Part shown: positions 1-9,232 of the stretch, piece by piece | Numbering within the stretch: position 1 is the stretch's first letter | Layout: every line of letters begins with the position of its first letter | From: Candidatus Fermentibacterota bacterium | GTDB taxonomy: Bacteria; Fermentibacterota; Fermentibacteria; Fermentibacterales; JCC-6 | Length of the DNA: 64,000 nt | Assembly (NCBI GenBank): GCA_963845085.1 | Contig: CAWJQI010000004.1 | Location: forward strand, 352,001-416,000 | Direction: 5' to 3' | Made by a program: the position numbers and the translations under genes | The notes under the pieces: generated by a model | Seen by the model: the letters and a program-made list of their open reading frames with translations, nothing else | Database searches by the model: none | Told to the model about the DNA's origin: nothing

Positions 1-392
1 GCCTGCATGATGTCTCCCTGGCTGACCTGAGTCGGAAGACCCGTGGAAGGGCCTGCCCTCATCACGTTCACGATGACAATGGGCACTTCCGTCATGCAGG
101 CGTAACCAAGCCCCTCCTGCATGAGGCTGAACCCGGGACCGCTGGTGGCAGTCATTACCCTCGCACCGGCAAGGCTTCCGCCGATGATCGCGCTGACGCT
201 TGCGATCTCGTCCTCCATCTGGATCCATCTTCCGCCGACCAGGGGCATTTCCCTGGCGAGGATCTCCGCCACTTCAGTGGAAGGGGTTATGGGATAGCCG
301 GCGAAAAAATCGATCCCCGCGGCAAGGGCTCCGAGCGCCACCGCTTCATTGCCCTGCACAAGGCGTGTTTCGCCCCAGGGAACCCCGCTCAT
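1..392 (-). CDS. korA: 2-oxoacid:ferredoxin oxidoreductase alpha subunit (runs off the window edge)
   Basis: Manual translation from ATG 392: MSGVPWGETRLVQGNEAVALGALAAGIDFFAGYPITPSTE...QMEDEIAS...TATSGPGFSLMQE; YPITP and TSGPG motifs. Confidence 0.88.
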   Translation of the reverse strand, partial: MSGVPWGETRLVQGNEAVALGALAAGIDFFAGYPITPSTEVAEILAREMPLVGGRWIQMEDEIASVSAIIGGSLAGARVMTATSGPGFSLMQEGLGYACMTEVPIVIVNVMRAGPSTGLPTQVSQGDIMQ

Positions 393-691
393 TCTTCACC
401 TTCCTTCTCCTCGTTGCGGGTGTTCTCAGCCTTGCGGGTGTGACCGTAGACTGACACGGCGAAATCGGGGCACCTGCGGGCGCACAGATAACACCGAATG
501 CACCTTTCGGGATGCGCCACATGGGCTTTCTGGTCCTTGCCCATCTCGAGAACCTGTTTCGGGCAGAAAGCCACACAGATCCCGCAACCCTTGCACCATT
601 CGGGAAAGATGTGCACCGATGTCACATCGGGTTCCGGAAACTGAGCCTTCTCCATCTTGGCGTTCCGCCCGTCTTCGGGCTTGTCGGACAT
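389..691 (-). CDS. 2[4Fe-4S] ferredoxin / 2-oxoacid oxidoreductase delta subunit
   Basis: Two CxxCxxCxxxCP motifs (CKGCGICVAFCP, CIRCYLCARRCP); 4-nt overlap with the alpha subunit start. Confidence 0.88.
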   Translation of the reverse strand: MSDKPEDGRNAKMEKAQFPEPDVTSVHIFPEWCKGCGICVAFCPKQVLEMGKDQKAHVAHPERCIRCYLCARRCPDFAVSVYGHTRKAENTRNEEKEGEE

Positions 692-769
692 GGGTCCGCA
701 CCTCCGGTTCATGCAGGTCGAGGCAGGGCGAACCCTGCCTCACCGTTATTCGTTCCCGCGTTGCGCGGT

Positions 770-2095
770 TTACTCTGTAAAGGGCTTGAGAACTGTTGGA
801 ATATTCGGCAGCCCGATTTCCTGAAGGTCATACCCCACCCTGACCGACGGCTTGCTTATCCTGATCACCCTGCCAAGGTCGATGGGTGTCGCGATGACCA
901 CGGAATCGCAATCGGCGCTGTTGATGGTTTTCTCCAGATCCCGCATCTGGGCGTCGCCGTAGCCCATCGCAGGCAGAACCGAAGCTTCCTCTTCGCCGGG
1001 ATAGTACTTGTCGAAGGTGTCGCGGATGGAACCCACGGCGATGGGGATCGGGTTGACCATGTCGGCGGCGCCGTACTTCTCGGCGGCGACGTAGCCTGCG
1101 CCGAATTCCATTTCACCGTGCGTGAGGGTGGGACCGTCCTCGACGATGAGAACCCTTTTCCCGGTGATGAGCTCGGGTTTGTCAACGCTGACCGGGCTGG
1201 CGGCCTCGATGATCCTGGCCGAGGGGTTCACGCGGCGGACATTGCTGCGGACCTCGTCGACATCTTCCGGGTATGCGCTGTCGATCTTGTTTATGACGAC
1301 CACATCGGCAAGCCTGAGGTTCGTCTGACCGGGGTAGTAGCTGATCTCGTGACCGGGCCGGTGAGGGTCGACGACGGTGATCGTCAGATCAGGCTTGTAG
1401 AAGGATGTGTCGTTGTTCCCACCATCCCAGAGGATGATGTCGGCCTCCTTCTCGGCCTCGCGGAGGATGGCTTCGTAGTCAACCCCGGCATAGACGATGG
1501 TTCCGCGGTGAATGTGGGGTTCGTACTCTTCCATCTCCTCGATGGTGCACTGATGCATCTTGAGATCCTCGATGGTCTGGAAGCGCTGAACCCTCTGCTT
1601 CACGAGGTCGCCGTAGGGCATGGGATGCCTGATCGCAACAACCCTCTTGCCGGCGGCCTGAAGCACTTCGATGACCCGTCGTGTGGTCTGGCTCTTGCCG
1701 CAGCCGGTCCGGACCGCACAAACCGCGATGACAGGCTTGCTGCTCTTCACCATGGTTCGTTCGGCCCCGATAAGAGTGAAATCCGCCCCTGCGGCGTTCA
1801 CCCTGCTTACGAGCGCCATCACGGTGCTGTCGCTGAGGTCGCTGTAGGAGAGAACGCACAGCTCGATGCCCTGGTTCCTGATGATGTTCTCAAGGCCTGA
1901 CTCGTCCAGGATGGGGATGCCCTGGGGGTACAGATCCCCGGCAAGCTCGGCGGGGTATTTCCTGCCGTCGATGTCGGGTATCTGGGTTGCGGTGAAAGCC
2001 ACTATTTCGTGGGTTTCATCGTGCCTGAAAAGCGTGTTGAAGTTGTGGAAGTCTCTCCCGGCGGCGCCGAGAATAAGGGTCCTCTTCCTGTTCAT
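770..2095 (-). CDS. COG2403 P-loop NTPase (cyclic 2,3-diphosphoglycerate synthetase-like; arginine synthetase ArcE-like)
   Basis: GAAGRDFHNFN, AFTATQIPDI, AVRTGCGKSQT P-loop, RHPMPYG, WDGGNND, EDGPTLTHG; AGGA SD upstream of ATG 2095. Confidence 0.85.
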   Translation of the reverse strand: MNRKRTLILGAAGRDFHNFNTLFRHDETHEIVAFTATQIPDIDGRKYPAELAGDLYPQGIPILDESGLENIIRNQGIELCVLSYSDLSDSTVMALVSRVNAAGADFTLIGAERTMVKSSKPVIAVCAVRTGCGKSQTTRRVIEVLQAAGKRVVAIRHPMPYGDLVKQRVQRFQTIEDLKMHQCTIEEMEEYEPHIHRGTIVYAGVDYEAILREAEKEADIILWDGGNNDTSFYKPDLTITVVDPHRPGHEISYYPGQTNLRLADVVVINKIDSAYPEDVDEVRSNVRRVNPSARIIEAASPVSVDKPELITGKRVLIVEDGPTLTHGEMEFGAGYVAAEKYGAADMVNPIPIAVGSIRDTFDKYYPGEEEASVLPAMGYGDAQMRDLEKTINSADCDSVVIATPIDLGRVIRISKPSVRVGYDLQEIGLPNIPTVLKPFTE

Positions 2096-2198
2096 GGTCG
2101 TCCTTTCCGCAAGCGGTGAGTGTTCTTGCGGAAGAGCAACAGCGAGCCGAAGGCTCGGCCTCTCCCGGAAATTGAAGAAAACCAGCCACACGGGCTGG

Positions 2199-2233
2199 TT
2201 GACAAATCTTGGCATATCGGGCGCTTTTGTCAA
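2199..2233 (-). promoter_or_regulatory. Inverted repeat TTGACAAA-N19-TTTGTCAA containing a -35 box for the COG2403/oxidoreductase genes
   Basis: Perfect 8-bp inverted repeat; minus strand reads TTGACA-N16-CAAGAT. Confidence 0.5.
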
Positions 2234-2253
2234 GCCGCGAAAGGGTTTGAGCT

Positions 2254-2673
2254 CTATCGGTCATCGACCGCCCTTCCCATGAGCATGGCAAGGCCGATTC
2301 CAGCCGCGGCGCCGGTGATCACCCTGACAGGGTTGGTGCTCTCGTGGAGGCCAATGTACTGAAGCCCACCGTCAGCGAGCATCGGAGCAAGGAGGATGAG
2401 CCCTGCAACCGGCGATCCCGGCATCCTGCGAAAGAACATCAGCATGGCGGAGAGAAAGCAGCCTGACCAGAAACCTGTGCAGCGGGCGCACTGTCCCGCG
2501 GTTCCCCAGGGAAAGTGCAGGCTTCTGTGGGGAAGGCGATGGCATGAAACCTTCATGAGGGGCATCAGGAACGGGGGGTCGAAGAACGCACCGACAAGAT
2601 AGACGAGTGAGAGAAGTGCAAGGACGGCTGCCGCCCATCTTCGAAAGGAATTTGCCGCCGGCGGGCTATCCAT
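2254..2673 (-). CDS. DUF2085-family membrane protein
   Basis: CHRLPHRS...CARCTG motif, TM helices, DGGLQ...ESTNPVRVITG. Confidence 0.8.
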   Translation of the reverse strand: MDSPPAANSFRRWAAAVLALLSLVYLVGAFFDPPFLMPLMKVSCHRLPHRSLHFPWGTAGQCARCTGFWSGCFLSAMLMFFRRMPGSPVAGLILLAPMLADGGLQYIGLHESTNPVRVITGAAAGIGLAMLMGRAVDDR

Positions 2674-4036
2674 CCGCCCAGGTGCCTTCACCCCAATGGA
2701 ACCGCTCCTCGACGCTTCCCTCGCCAAGCACCTCGAGGGCGGCACACTGGCCCATTTCGATGGAATGGTCCATGTTGTTGTATCGGAACAGCCCCTGCCT
2801 CCCGCAACTGACAATCCCTCCCAGCGCCTTGATCCCGTCAAGCACCGTGGCCGCCTGCTGCCTGTAGCCCAGCCTGTAAAGGGGGTAGGCGTGCTCCTGT
2901 CTTACAGCAACGCTGGCCAGAACCGTGTCGGGTTTGAAAAGGCACAGATGCGACGCCCCCGAAACAGCGTTCTCGAGGAGGGTGCTCTTGTCAAGGTTCC
3001 AGATGTCGTCGCCCTTGTTGCAGCTGAACTCGAATACAGCCTGGGGAGGCATTTCCGGATCAAAGCTGCCGGTCAGCGACAATCTGTTGAACATGTATCT
3101 GTCTTCGGAGGTGTATATCCAATGGTCCCGGGCTTCGGTACGCTCCTTCAGCAGCACCGTCAGAAAAACAAGCGACCTGAAGGACAGCTTTTGTGCGGCC
3201 TCATGAACCGCCACAGGCAGAAGCGGCCCGAGCAGGCCGGCGAAGTCGTTCAGGGGGATCGTGTTTATGACCCGGTCGACACGCAGCCTGTCCCCCCCGG
3301 CAACGATCTCCCAGCGGTTCCCGTCCCTCGCGACAAGCTCGGGCGCGGATGCAAAACGGATCTGTCCGCCCGAGGCCCTTATCCTTGATTCCAGCGCTCC
3401 CGCGATACGGCCGATGCCCCCCCTTGGATAGTGGAATTCACCGGCAAGGCTGCGAACGGTGCCCGAGGGTGCAAATGTCTCCCTGACAAGCCCTGCAAGA
3501 CTCGGAACGGTGATTCTCTGGCTTGCCCAGTCCGCGCTGAGCTCACGGGGAGGGAGCCCCCACAGCTTCTGGTTGTACGGAGAGAAATACATGTCGTACA
3601 AGGGTTTGCCGAATCGGCTCAACACCCAGCCCTCGAAGCTCTTCTGCTCCCTGGGGCTGACCAGCCCCCTTATCTTCTCTGCGACGAAGCCTGCCATCAT
3701 TGAGGTGCCGCTCGTGAGTGGCATCGAGGAAAGAACGCTTCCGAGTGAAAGCGGATAGTCGAAGTAGCGGTCGAGCAGCCTGATCCTGCTGTGCCGCTGA
3801 AGGGTGAGAAGGTCTTCTCCCAGAAGATCCCGTACGAACTCCAGCAGGGCATCGTTCCTGGTGTGAAAACGGTGAGGGCCGAAATCGAAGCTGAACGCTC
3901 CCCGAGTGAACGTGGCAGCCAGCCCACCCGAATGACGATGCTTCTCAAAGACCGTCACGGGCACACCGCGCCGCGTCAGGGCGTCAGCCGCGCTGAGCCC
4001 CGCAAGTCCCGCACCGAGAACCGCGACTCGATCCAT
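2666..4036 (-). CDS. FAD-dependent oxidoreductase (protoporphyrinogen oxidase / UDP-galactopyranose mutase-like)
   Basis: GAGLAGL Rossmann motif, FDFGPHRF, C-terminal GRQGLFRYNNMDHSIEMG. Confidence 0.85.
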   Translation of the reverse strand: MDRVAVLGAGLAGLSAADALTRRGVPVTVFEKHRHSGGLAATFTRGAFSFDFGPHRFHTRNDALLEFVRDLLGEDLLTLQRHSRIRLLDRYFDYPLSLGSVLSSMPLTSGTSMMAGFVAEKIRGLVSPREQKSFEGWVLSRFGKPLYDMYFSPYNQKLWGLPPRELSADWASQRITVPSLAGLVRETFAPSGTVRSLAGEFHYPRGGIGRIAGALESRIRASGGQIRFASAPELVARDGNRWEIVAGGDRLRVDRVINTIPLNDFAGLLGPLLPVAVHEAAQKLSFRSLVFLTVLLKERTEARDHWIYTSEDRYMFNRLSLTGSFDPEMPPQAVFEFSCNKGDDIWNLDKSTLLENAVSGASHLCLFKPDTVLASVAVRQEHAYPLYRLGYRQQAATVLDGIKALGGIVSCGRQGLFRYNNMDHSIEMGQCAALEVLGEGSVEERFHWGEGTWADG

Positions 4037-4049
4037 GAAGGTCGCCTTC

Positions 4050-5645
4050 CTACTGAACCCAGATCACCCTGTCCCGGAAATCCGCTTCTATCGGCGAATG
4101 GGTGCGAATATAATCCATGACCGTATCCATGAGATTGTACCCGGTATGCCAGGGCTCGAGATGCGTGAGTATCCCGTAACCGACGCTTCCGTATGCCAGA
4201 TAGCCAGTTGTTGCGAACGTGTAGGTCGAGCAGGCGGAAAGGGGCTCGCCCTGCACCAGCGGGTTCTCAATCTTGCCGCCGTCAGGGTTCGACTGGTTTC
4301 GCAGGCAGGTGAAGCCCGAGACCTGCATGTCCCTGCGGCGCCCCTGCATGCCTGTCTCAAGTATTTCGAGCAGCTCAGCGCCCGTCACGCTGAACGCAAG
4401 GATGTCCTCCTCAAAAGGCAGTGCAGCGTAAACCGTCCTGGCCGTGACATCCCCGCGCGGAATCGAAGCCCTTATGCCCCCCCTGTTCACGAGGGCGACA
4501 TCTGCCCCGGCCCTCCAGCGTATCGCGTCGGCAACAAGCCTTCCCAGAGGATGCTCGGCGCCACCCCTGGGTATCTCGGTGAGGGCCTGCCCCAGCACTT
4601 CGTCCATGCCCTCTTCCGCAACGAGCCGGAATGACTCCACAAGACCCTCGGTCACCGTATCCGGCCAGAACTGCTCATGGAGAAGGCTCACGTACTCTCC
4701 GCCAAGAGGGCAGTCGTACCCAGTAACTGAACCGGTCCCGGTATCCAGCCGCAACCTTATCCAGCCGATGCCCGTCCCGTTGCCGTAACCCTGAACGACG
4801 ATGGAATGCGTGACGGGATTCACCCATGGCTCCTCGAGACCGGCGTGGATGTGGCCGCTCACCACGACGTCGATCCCGGGAACGAGACATGTGAGCTCCG
4901 CATTGTTGAGGGCAAAGTTCTTCGAATAGTCCACCCCGGCATCCCAGGCGGCGAAGACCCGCTCGAGGTAGACCCCGGGGTCCGGGGGCTGGCCAAGGTG
5001 CGAGACGAGGATGATGGTTTCCGCTCCCCCGTTCCGGGCTTCCCTCATGCTTCGCTCAAGAGCCTCGCGCTCGTTGATGAATTCGTAACCCTCAAGGCCG
5101 GCCTCATCGACAAGCGTACGTGTGTCGGGCGTCGCAAGACCGATAAAGGCGGTTCTCACACCGCCGAAATCCATGATCACACTTGGTGTTATCTCCCCTG
5201 GAACGGAATGGTCCGTGGTTTCGAAGTTCGCGCAGATCACTGGAAAATCAGCCAGATCAGCATTCCTCAGCGCTGTTTCCGCCCCCCGGTCAAAGTCATG
5301 GTTCCCGAGGGTCATCATGTCATATCCCACGGAATTCATCCACTCCACGACAAACGCGCCGGAATCATGGCTGCCGACGGGAGTGCCCTGCCAGATGTCA
5401 CCGGCATCGATGAGAACCACATACTCGCCGGCTTCCGTGCAGCTTCTGCGCACTTCCCCGACGAACGAGGAAATCCATGCCCCCCCTCCGATCTCCGGAG
5501 GGAAGTCGGGGTTCAGGAAGGTGGCGTCAGAATCGACGATTCCACCATGCATATCATTGGTATGCAATATGTTGAGGTATACGGTGCCTCCGTGGGAGAT
5601 CGCCGCCGGAAGCAATACCGGCAACCAGGCCCTGATCAACGCCAC
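4050..5645 (-). CDS. Secreted bifunctional metallophosphatase / 5'-nucleotidase (UshA/CpdB-like)
   Basis: Signal peptide; HTNDMHG, DAGD, GNHDFD, SHLG, GHIH metallophosphoesterase motifs; NRGGIR...LPF C-terminal domain. Confidence 0.9.
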   Translation of the reverse strand: MALIRAWLPVLLPAAISHGGTVYLNILHTNDMHGGIVDSDATFLNPDFPPEIGGGAWISSFVGEVRRSCTEAGEYVVLIDAGDIWQGTPVGSHDSGAFVVEWMNSVGYDMMTLGNHDFDRGAETALRNADLADFPVICANFETTDHSVPGEITPSVIMDFGGVRTAFIGLATPDTRTLVDEAGLEGYEFINEREALERSMREARNGGAETIILVSHLGQPPDPGVYLERVFAAWDAGVDYSKNFALNNAELTCLVPGIDVVVSGHIHAGLEEPWVNPVTHSIVVQGYGNGTGIGWIRLRLDTGTGSVTGYDCPLGGEYVSLLHEQFWPDTVTEGLVESFRLVAEEGMDEVLGQALTEIPRGGAEHPLGRLVADAIRWRAGADVALVNRGGIRASIPRGDVTARTVYAALPFEEDILAFSVTGAELLEILETGMQGRRRDMQVSGFTCLRNQSNPDGGKIENPLVQGEPLSACSTYTFATTGYLAYGSVGYGILTHLEPWHTGYNLMDTVMDYIRTHSPIEADFRDRVIWVQ

Positions 5646-6781
5646 GGGGGGACCTCCCCGAAGCTTCTTGAAAGACCCAGCACCAGGGCTGCTGAGAGCG
5701 TGTTCATGGAAAGGCTGTCGCCGGATTCGAAGCTCGGAAGCCCGGCCACCTCGGCCTGTCTCCAGCCCGAGGGAGTGAGCAGGAGACCCGCGTCGAACCT
5801 GTAGCTGTCGAACGCAAATCCTGCACCCGCGGTAAAGCTGAACGTGTCGAGCGCCCTGTGGAGGGGGGAGGTTCGGTAGTCGAAACCGAAGCGGGCGACC
5901 GGACCTCCGGGTAGGTGGTTCTCAACACCGCCCCTGATCCCCCAGGTGTTCCCCGCACCGGGTTCGCCTTCATCCCTCCAGTCAGCCTCTGCGACGAAAA
6001 GGCTTCTGAGCCTGTTTCCCGGAAGGTAGCCGACACCGCACCGAACCTCCAGGGCGTCATCGATTCCGTCATCGACCCCCCCGGACCTCACGTTCCATCC
6101 CATCGGTGCAGCCACCCCCGCCGCCAGACGAACCCTTTCAAGAACGATCTCCCCCGAAGCCCTCAGAACCGCCCCGGAAATACTCTCGTCAAGCTCCCAT
6201 GACTCGTCCGGTTCGGACGGGTCGGAATACGCCTTCGTCCAAGCCACATTGCGGCTGCCCGTTACGATACCCCCGCCGGCCCCGACGGACAGACCCGGGG
6301 TTGGGCTCCACCCCGCGGACGCTCCGAACTCCCAGAGCAGTCCGGTGCATTCGAGCGTTTCGAGTGCGGTCCGCACGTACGCCTCATCCCTTGTGGTTCG
6401 AGCGAAGTCATACGAGAAGCTTCCGACAGCCCTCGCCCCGGCGGCCACCCCCCAGTTTCGCAGGCGGAACACGCCGGCGAAGCCGCCCGGAGAAAGCACG
6501 GCACTCTGGTTGAAGGCATTTTCGGATTCGCCTACAACCCCCCCGAAAGAATCGTAGACCGTGCGGGTCCTTGATTCCCTGAAGTAGACGAGGGAGCCCG
6601 TGAAATCGGCGCGGTTCCCGGAAACGCACGCATAGGCGGGGTTCTCAAGGGCACCGAAGGCGGAGCGGTCCATGAAGGTGCCGCCTCCCATTCCGGCGGA
6701 GCCTGCGCAGGTTGCCGGGTTCCGGCCACCGAGCCACATCACCTCGGGAAGCCCGCAAAGAAGTGCAATAAGCGCGATCAT
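5636..6781 (-). CDS. Outer-membrane beta-barrel protein (FadL/PorV-like)
   Basis: SAGMGG...ENPA N-terminal motif typical of FadL/PorV barrels; alternating amphipathic strands. Confidence 0.65.
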   Translation of the reverse strand: MIALIALLCGLPEVMWLGGRNPATCAGSAGMGGGTFMDRSAFGALENPAYACVSGNRADFTGSLVYFRESRTRTVYDSFGGVVGESENAFNQSAVLSPGGFAGVFRLRNWGVAAGARAVGSFSYDFARTTRDEAYVRTALETLECTGLLWEFGASAGWSPTPGLSVGAGGGIVTGSRNVAWTKAYSDPSEPDESWELDESISGAVLRASGEIVLERVRLAAGVAAPMGWNVRSGGVDDGIDDALEVRCGVGYLPGNRLRSLFVAEADWRDEGEPGAGNTWGIRGGVENHLPGGPVARFGFDYRTSPLHRALDTFSFTAGAGFAFDSYRFDAGLLLTPSGWRQAEVAGLPSFESGDSLSMNTLSAALVLGLSRSFGEVPPWR

Positions 6782-6793
6782 CAGTTCTCCCGC

Positions 6794-9232
6794 CTACCAG
6801 CGATAGTCAAGCTGGAAACGCAAGCCATACTCAACCAGGCGGTCGGTAAAATCGCCCGGTACCGTCTCATCGCCTCCCCCGAAGTGATACGAATCGTCGG
6901 GGTCGGGACGGTAGAAACCGTTGTGCGGATAGCAGGTTTCCTTTCTCAGAAACCTCATCCTGAGCTGAATGCTGTCGGAGAGGACGTTTTTCAGCGTGAG
7001 GTAGAACTTCGTGCCCCTGCCGTCGAGAAAGTCGATGCCCGCATCCTCGAACTCCCACTGGCTCATCCCGTTCGTCGTCCAGAGAGTCGCGCCTCCAAGG
7101 AGGGACATGTCCCCGCTGAAGTCGTGCTCCCACTGCAGGCTGACAAAGCCCCCGTCCATGAGCCTGTCATCCCCGTAAAGGGGGTTCGGCGCGAGTTCGA
7201 CCATTCCGTACCGCAGGGACACGCTCACGTAGTCCCCGCCGGTGGGAAGGATGAACGTTCTGAATGTGTACTCGGAGGTCCGGGAGTCAGTGTCGAGAGC
7301 TTCCTTCGGTTTGTACTTGTCCTGAAACTTGTATTTGAGCCTGAAGCGAACCGGCCACACCGGCCGGTACTCAACCTCGCCCTGGAACCTGAGGTTTCCG
7401 GTGTCATGCGGGAGGGTCCTCCACAGATCGAGGTAAACCTTGGTGAATGTGATCCGGCCGCTCAGCTGGTACCTGGTCTCAAGGTAAACGCCCTCCTCGG
7501 GCTTTGGGACGGGCAGGCCGGCAAGCTGGCCGTAGAGGGGGTCGTTAAATCTGTAGGGGCTCTCGAACACGGTGTCATCAAACCTCAGTTGCTCCGTGAA
7601 ACCGCGGTTGTACGGATTTGTGAAGCCGGGTTCGTAACGGCGGTAGATGCAGGTAACGTAATGCCAGTCATTCCTCCAGTCCGCCCTTGCCAGCCCTGCC
7701 GCAGCTCCGTTGTCCTGAAGCGCAAGCTCGCCCTCCAGACTCAACCTGTCCAGAACGGTCTGGCCGCAGAAGCCCGTGAAGTCCATCCGGTCGCCCGAGG
7801 GCATGAGCGAATACTCCGGACAATCCCAGACGTAGCCGTCATTCGGAATATCCAGGGTTTCCTCGTCGGGGTTGAGGGAATCGCCGTATGCAACGCTCAT
7901 GAAACCTGCTCCAAGCGCCGTCCCGACAGGAAGGCGACCGCCGAGGTCGATGAACCCGTAGGCGCCCGCTGTTGTTTCGTCAATCATGCCTGAAGTGGCT
8001 TCCGTTCTGAAACGGCTCTGAATCAGAACATTGGGGGTCCCGTCGGGGTTCATCACCGCGTCCCGCCTGTTCCACGAGCCGAACCCGTAAAGTATGAAGT
8101 CGCCGGTCCTGACCTCGACGGCGCCGCCCGAGAGGGCATGCTGCCGTGTGGCGGTCAGGTCCGGCATCAGACCCCAGCTCCTCTGGGTGTTCCTGTATCG
8201 GAGTTCATCGGTGTTGTCCATAAAAAGCCCCTGCCCGAGGCTCAGGCGGTAATTGCCCACCAGTATTCTTCTTACCGCACCCTCCGGACGCCACTCGGCG
8301 AACACCTTTGCCGTTTCGAAGCCGCCTTCCGTCTCAAGTTCGTTGGTGAATGTGAAGAGGGGGCCTTCGACGGCGGTCGCGGATCGATCCCTTGAAAACC
8401 TTATGCCCGCCTGAAAGCTCCCGCCGGTGCTGAAGCGGAGTTTGTGGCTGAAGCCCGGCCTGTCGCGCGAGGCCAGAAGGGTCTCCCTTTCGGCAAGCAG
8501 CTGTCCGGCGAGGGCAGCGCTGTCAACCGGGCTTCCGGAATAGTCCCTGGAACCATCCGAAAGGGCTGTGATGGCGGATTCGACCTCGGAGATCATTCCC
8601 TCAAGGTTCTCGTCGATCCCGTCCCTTCCCGAGCCACCCGAGAAGACGAATCTGTAGTTTCCTCCGAAACCGGAACGGACAGAGGGCCCGGCCGACACGA
8701 AGTCCCTCATGTTCCGCCAGGCGAAGTGGGTCAGATTGTCCGTGTCCCTCAGGGAGGTGATGCTGCCGGGAGCGCCGGTGCTTCTGAGCCTGGCATCCAC
8801 CGCCGCGGCATCGATCAGGCTGACACCGTCAAGACCGCGAAGGTCCCAGTGCGTGGCCCGCTCGAGCGGCAACGGTCTTTCGAGAAGGTCCTCCCAGTAC
8901 TCGACCTCGGAGGCGCCCGGGCCGTCTTCCTGGGAGAGTTTGTCCATAACGTCCATGATCTGCGGGCTGATCCTTCCTGCTTCGGGCGGAAGCACCACTG
9001 TGTTGCCGATCAGCCATTCCAGCGTTTCCGGGTCGAACCCGGGTATGGACAGCACTTCGTAGATGTTCTCGAGCCCCCCGGTCTCAAGGATGTATGCATG
9101 AAGGGCGAGAGCCTGAGAATCCGTCAGACCCGGCAGATCCAGAAGCTCCTGAAGGCGGGCGGAGTTAAGGTCGGGCCCGGTCATCCCGAAGGCCGAGAGG
9201 ACGAGAAGAATGGCGGGAAGGCTAGAACGCAT
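6794..9232 (-). CDS. Helix-hairpin-helix (ComEA-like) domain fused to an outer-membrane beta-barrel
   Basis: Signal peptide; DLNSARLQELLDLPGL and ATHWDLRGLDGVS HhH motifs; VGNYRLSLGQGL motif; C-terminal FQLDYRW beta-signal. Confidence 0.75.
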   Translation of the reverse strand: MRSSLPAILLVLSAFGMTGPDLNSARLQELLDLPGLTDSQALALHAYILETGGLENIYEVLSIPGFDPETLEWLIGNTVVLPPEAGRISPQIMDVMDKLSQEDGPGASEVEYWEDLLERPLPLERATHWDLRGLDGVSLIDAAAVDARLRSTGAPGSITSLRDTDNLTHFAWRNMRDFVSAGPSVRSGFGGNYRFVFSGGSGRDGIDENLEGMISEVESAITALSDGSRDYSGSPVDSAALAGQLLAERETLLASRDRPGFSHKLRFSTGGSFQAGIRFSRDRSATAVEGPLFTFTNELETEGGFETAKVFAEWRPEGAVRRILVGNYRLSLGQGLFMDNTDELRYRNTQRSWGLMPDLTATRQHALSGGAVEVRTGDFILYGFGSWNRRDAVMNPDGTPNVLIQSRFRTEATSGMIDETTAGAYGFIDLGGRLPVGTALGAGFMSVAYGDSLNPDEETLDIPNDGYVWDCPEYSLMPSGDRMDFTGFCGQTVLDRLSLEGELALQDNGAAAGLARADWRNDWHYVTCIYRRYEPGFTNPYNRGFTEQLRFDDTVFESPYRFNDPLYGQLAGLPVPKPEEGVYLETRYQLSGRITFTKVYLDLWRTLPHDTGNLRFQGEVEYRPVWPVRFRLKYKFQDKYKPKEALDTDSRTSEYTFRTFILPTGGDYVSVSLRYGMVELAPNPLYGDDRLMDGGFVSLQWEHDFSGDMSLLGGATLWTTNGMSQWEFEDAGIDFLDGRGTKFYLTLKNVLSDSIQLRMRFLRKETCYPHNGFYRPDPDDSYHFGGGDETVPGDFTDRLVEYGLRFQLDYRW

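Noticed and set aside
512..1900. 462-aa plus-strand ORF
   Set aside because: Antisense shadow of the COG2403 gene; such long ORFs are common in GC-rich DNA and it shows no recognisable motifs.
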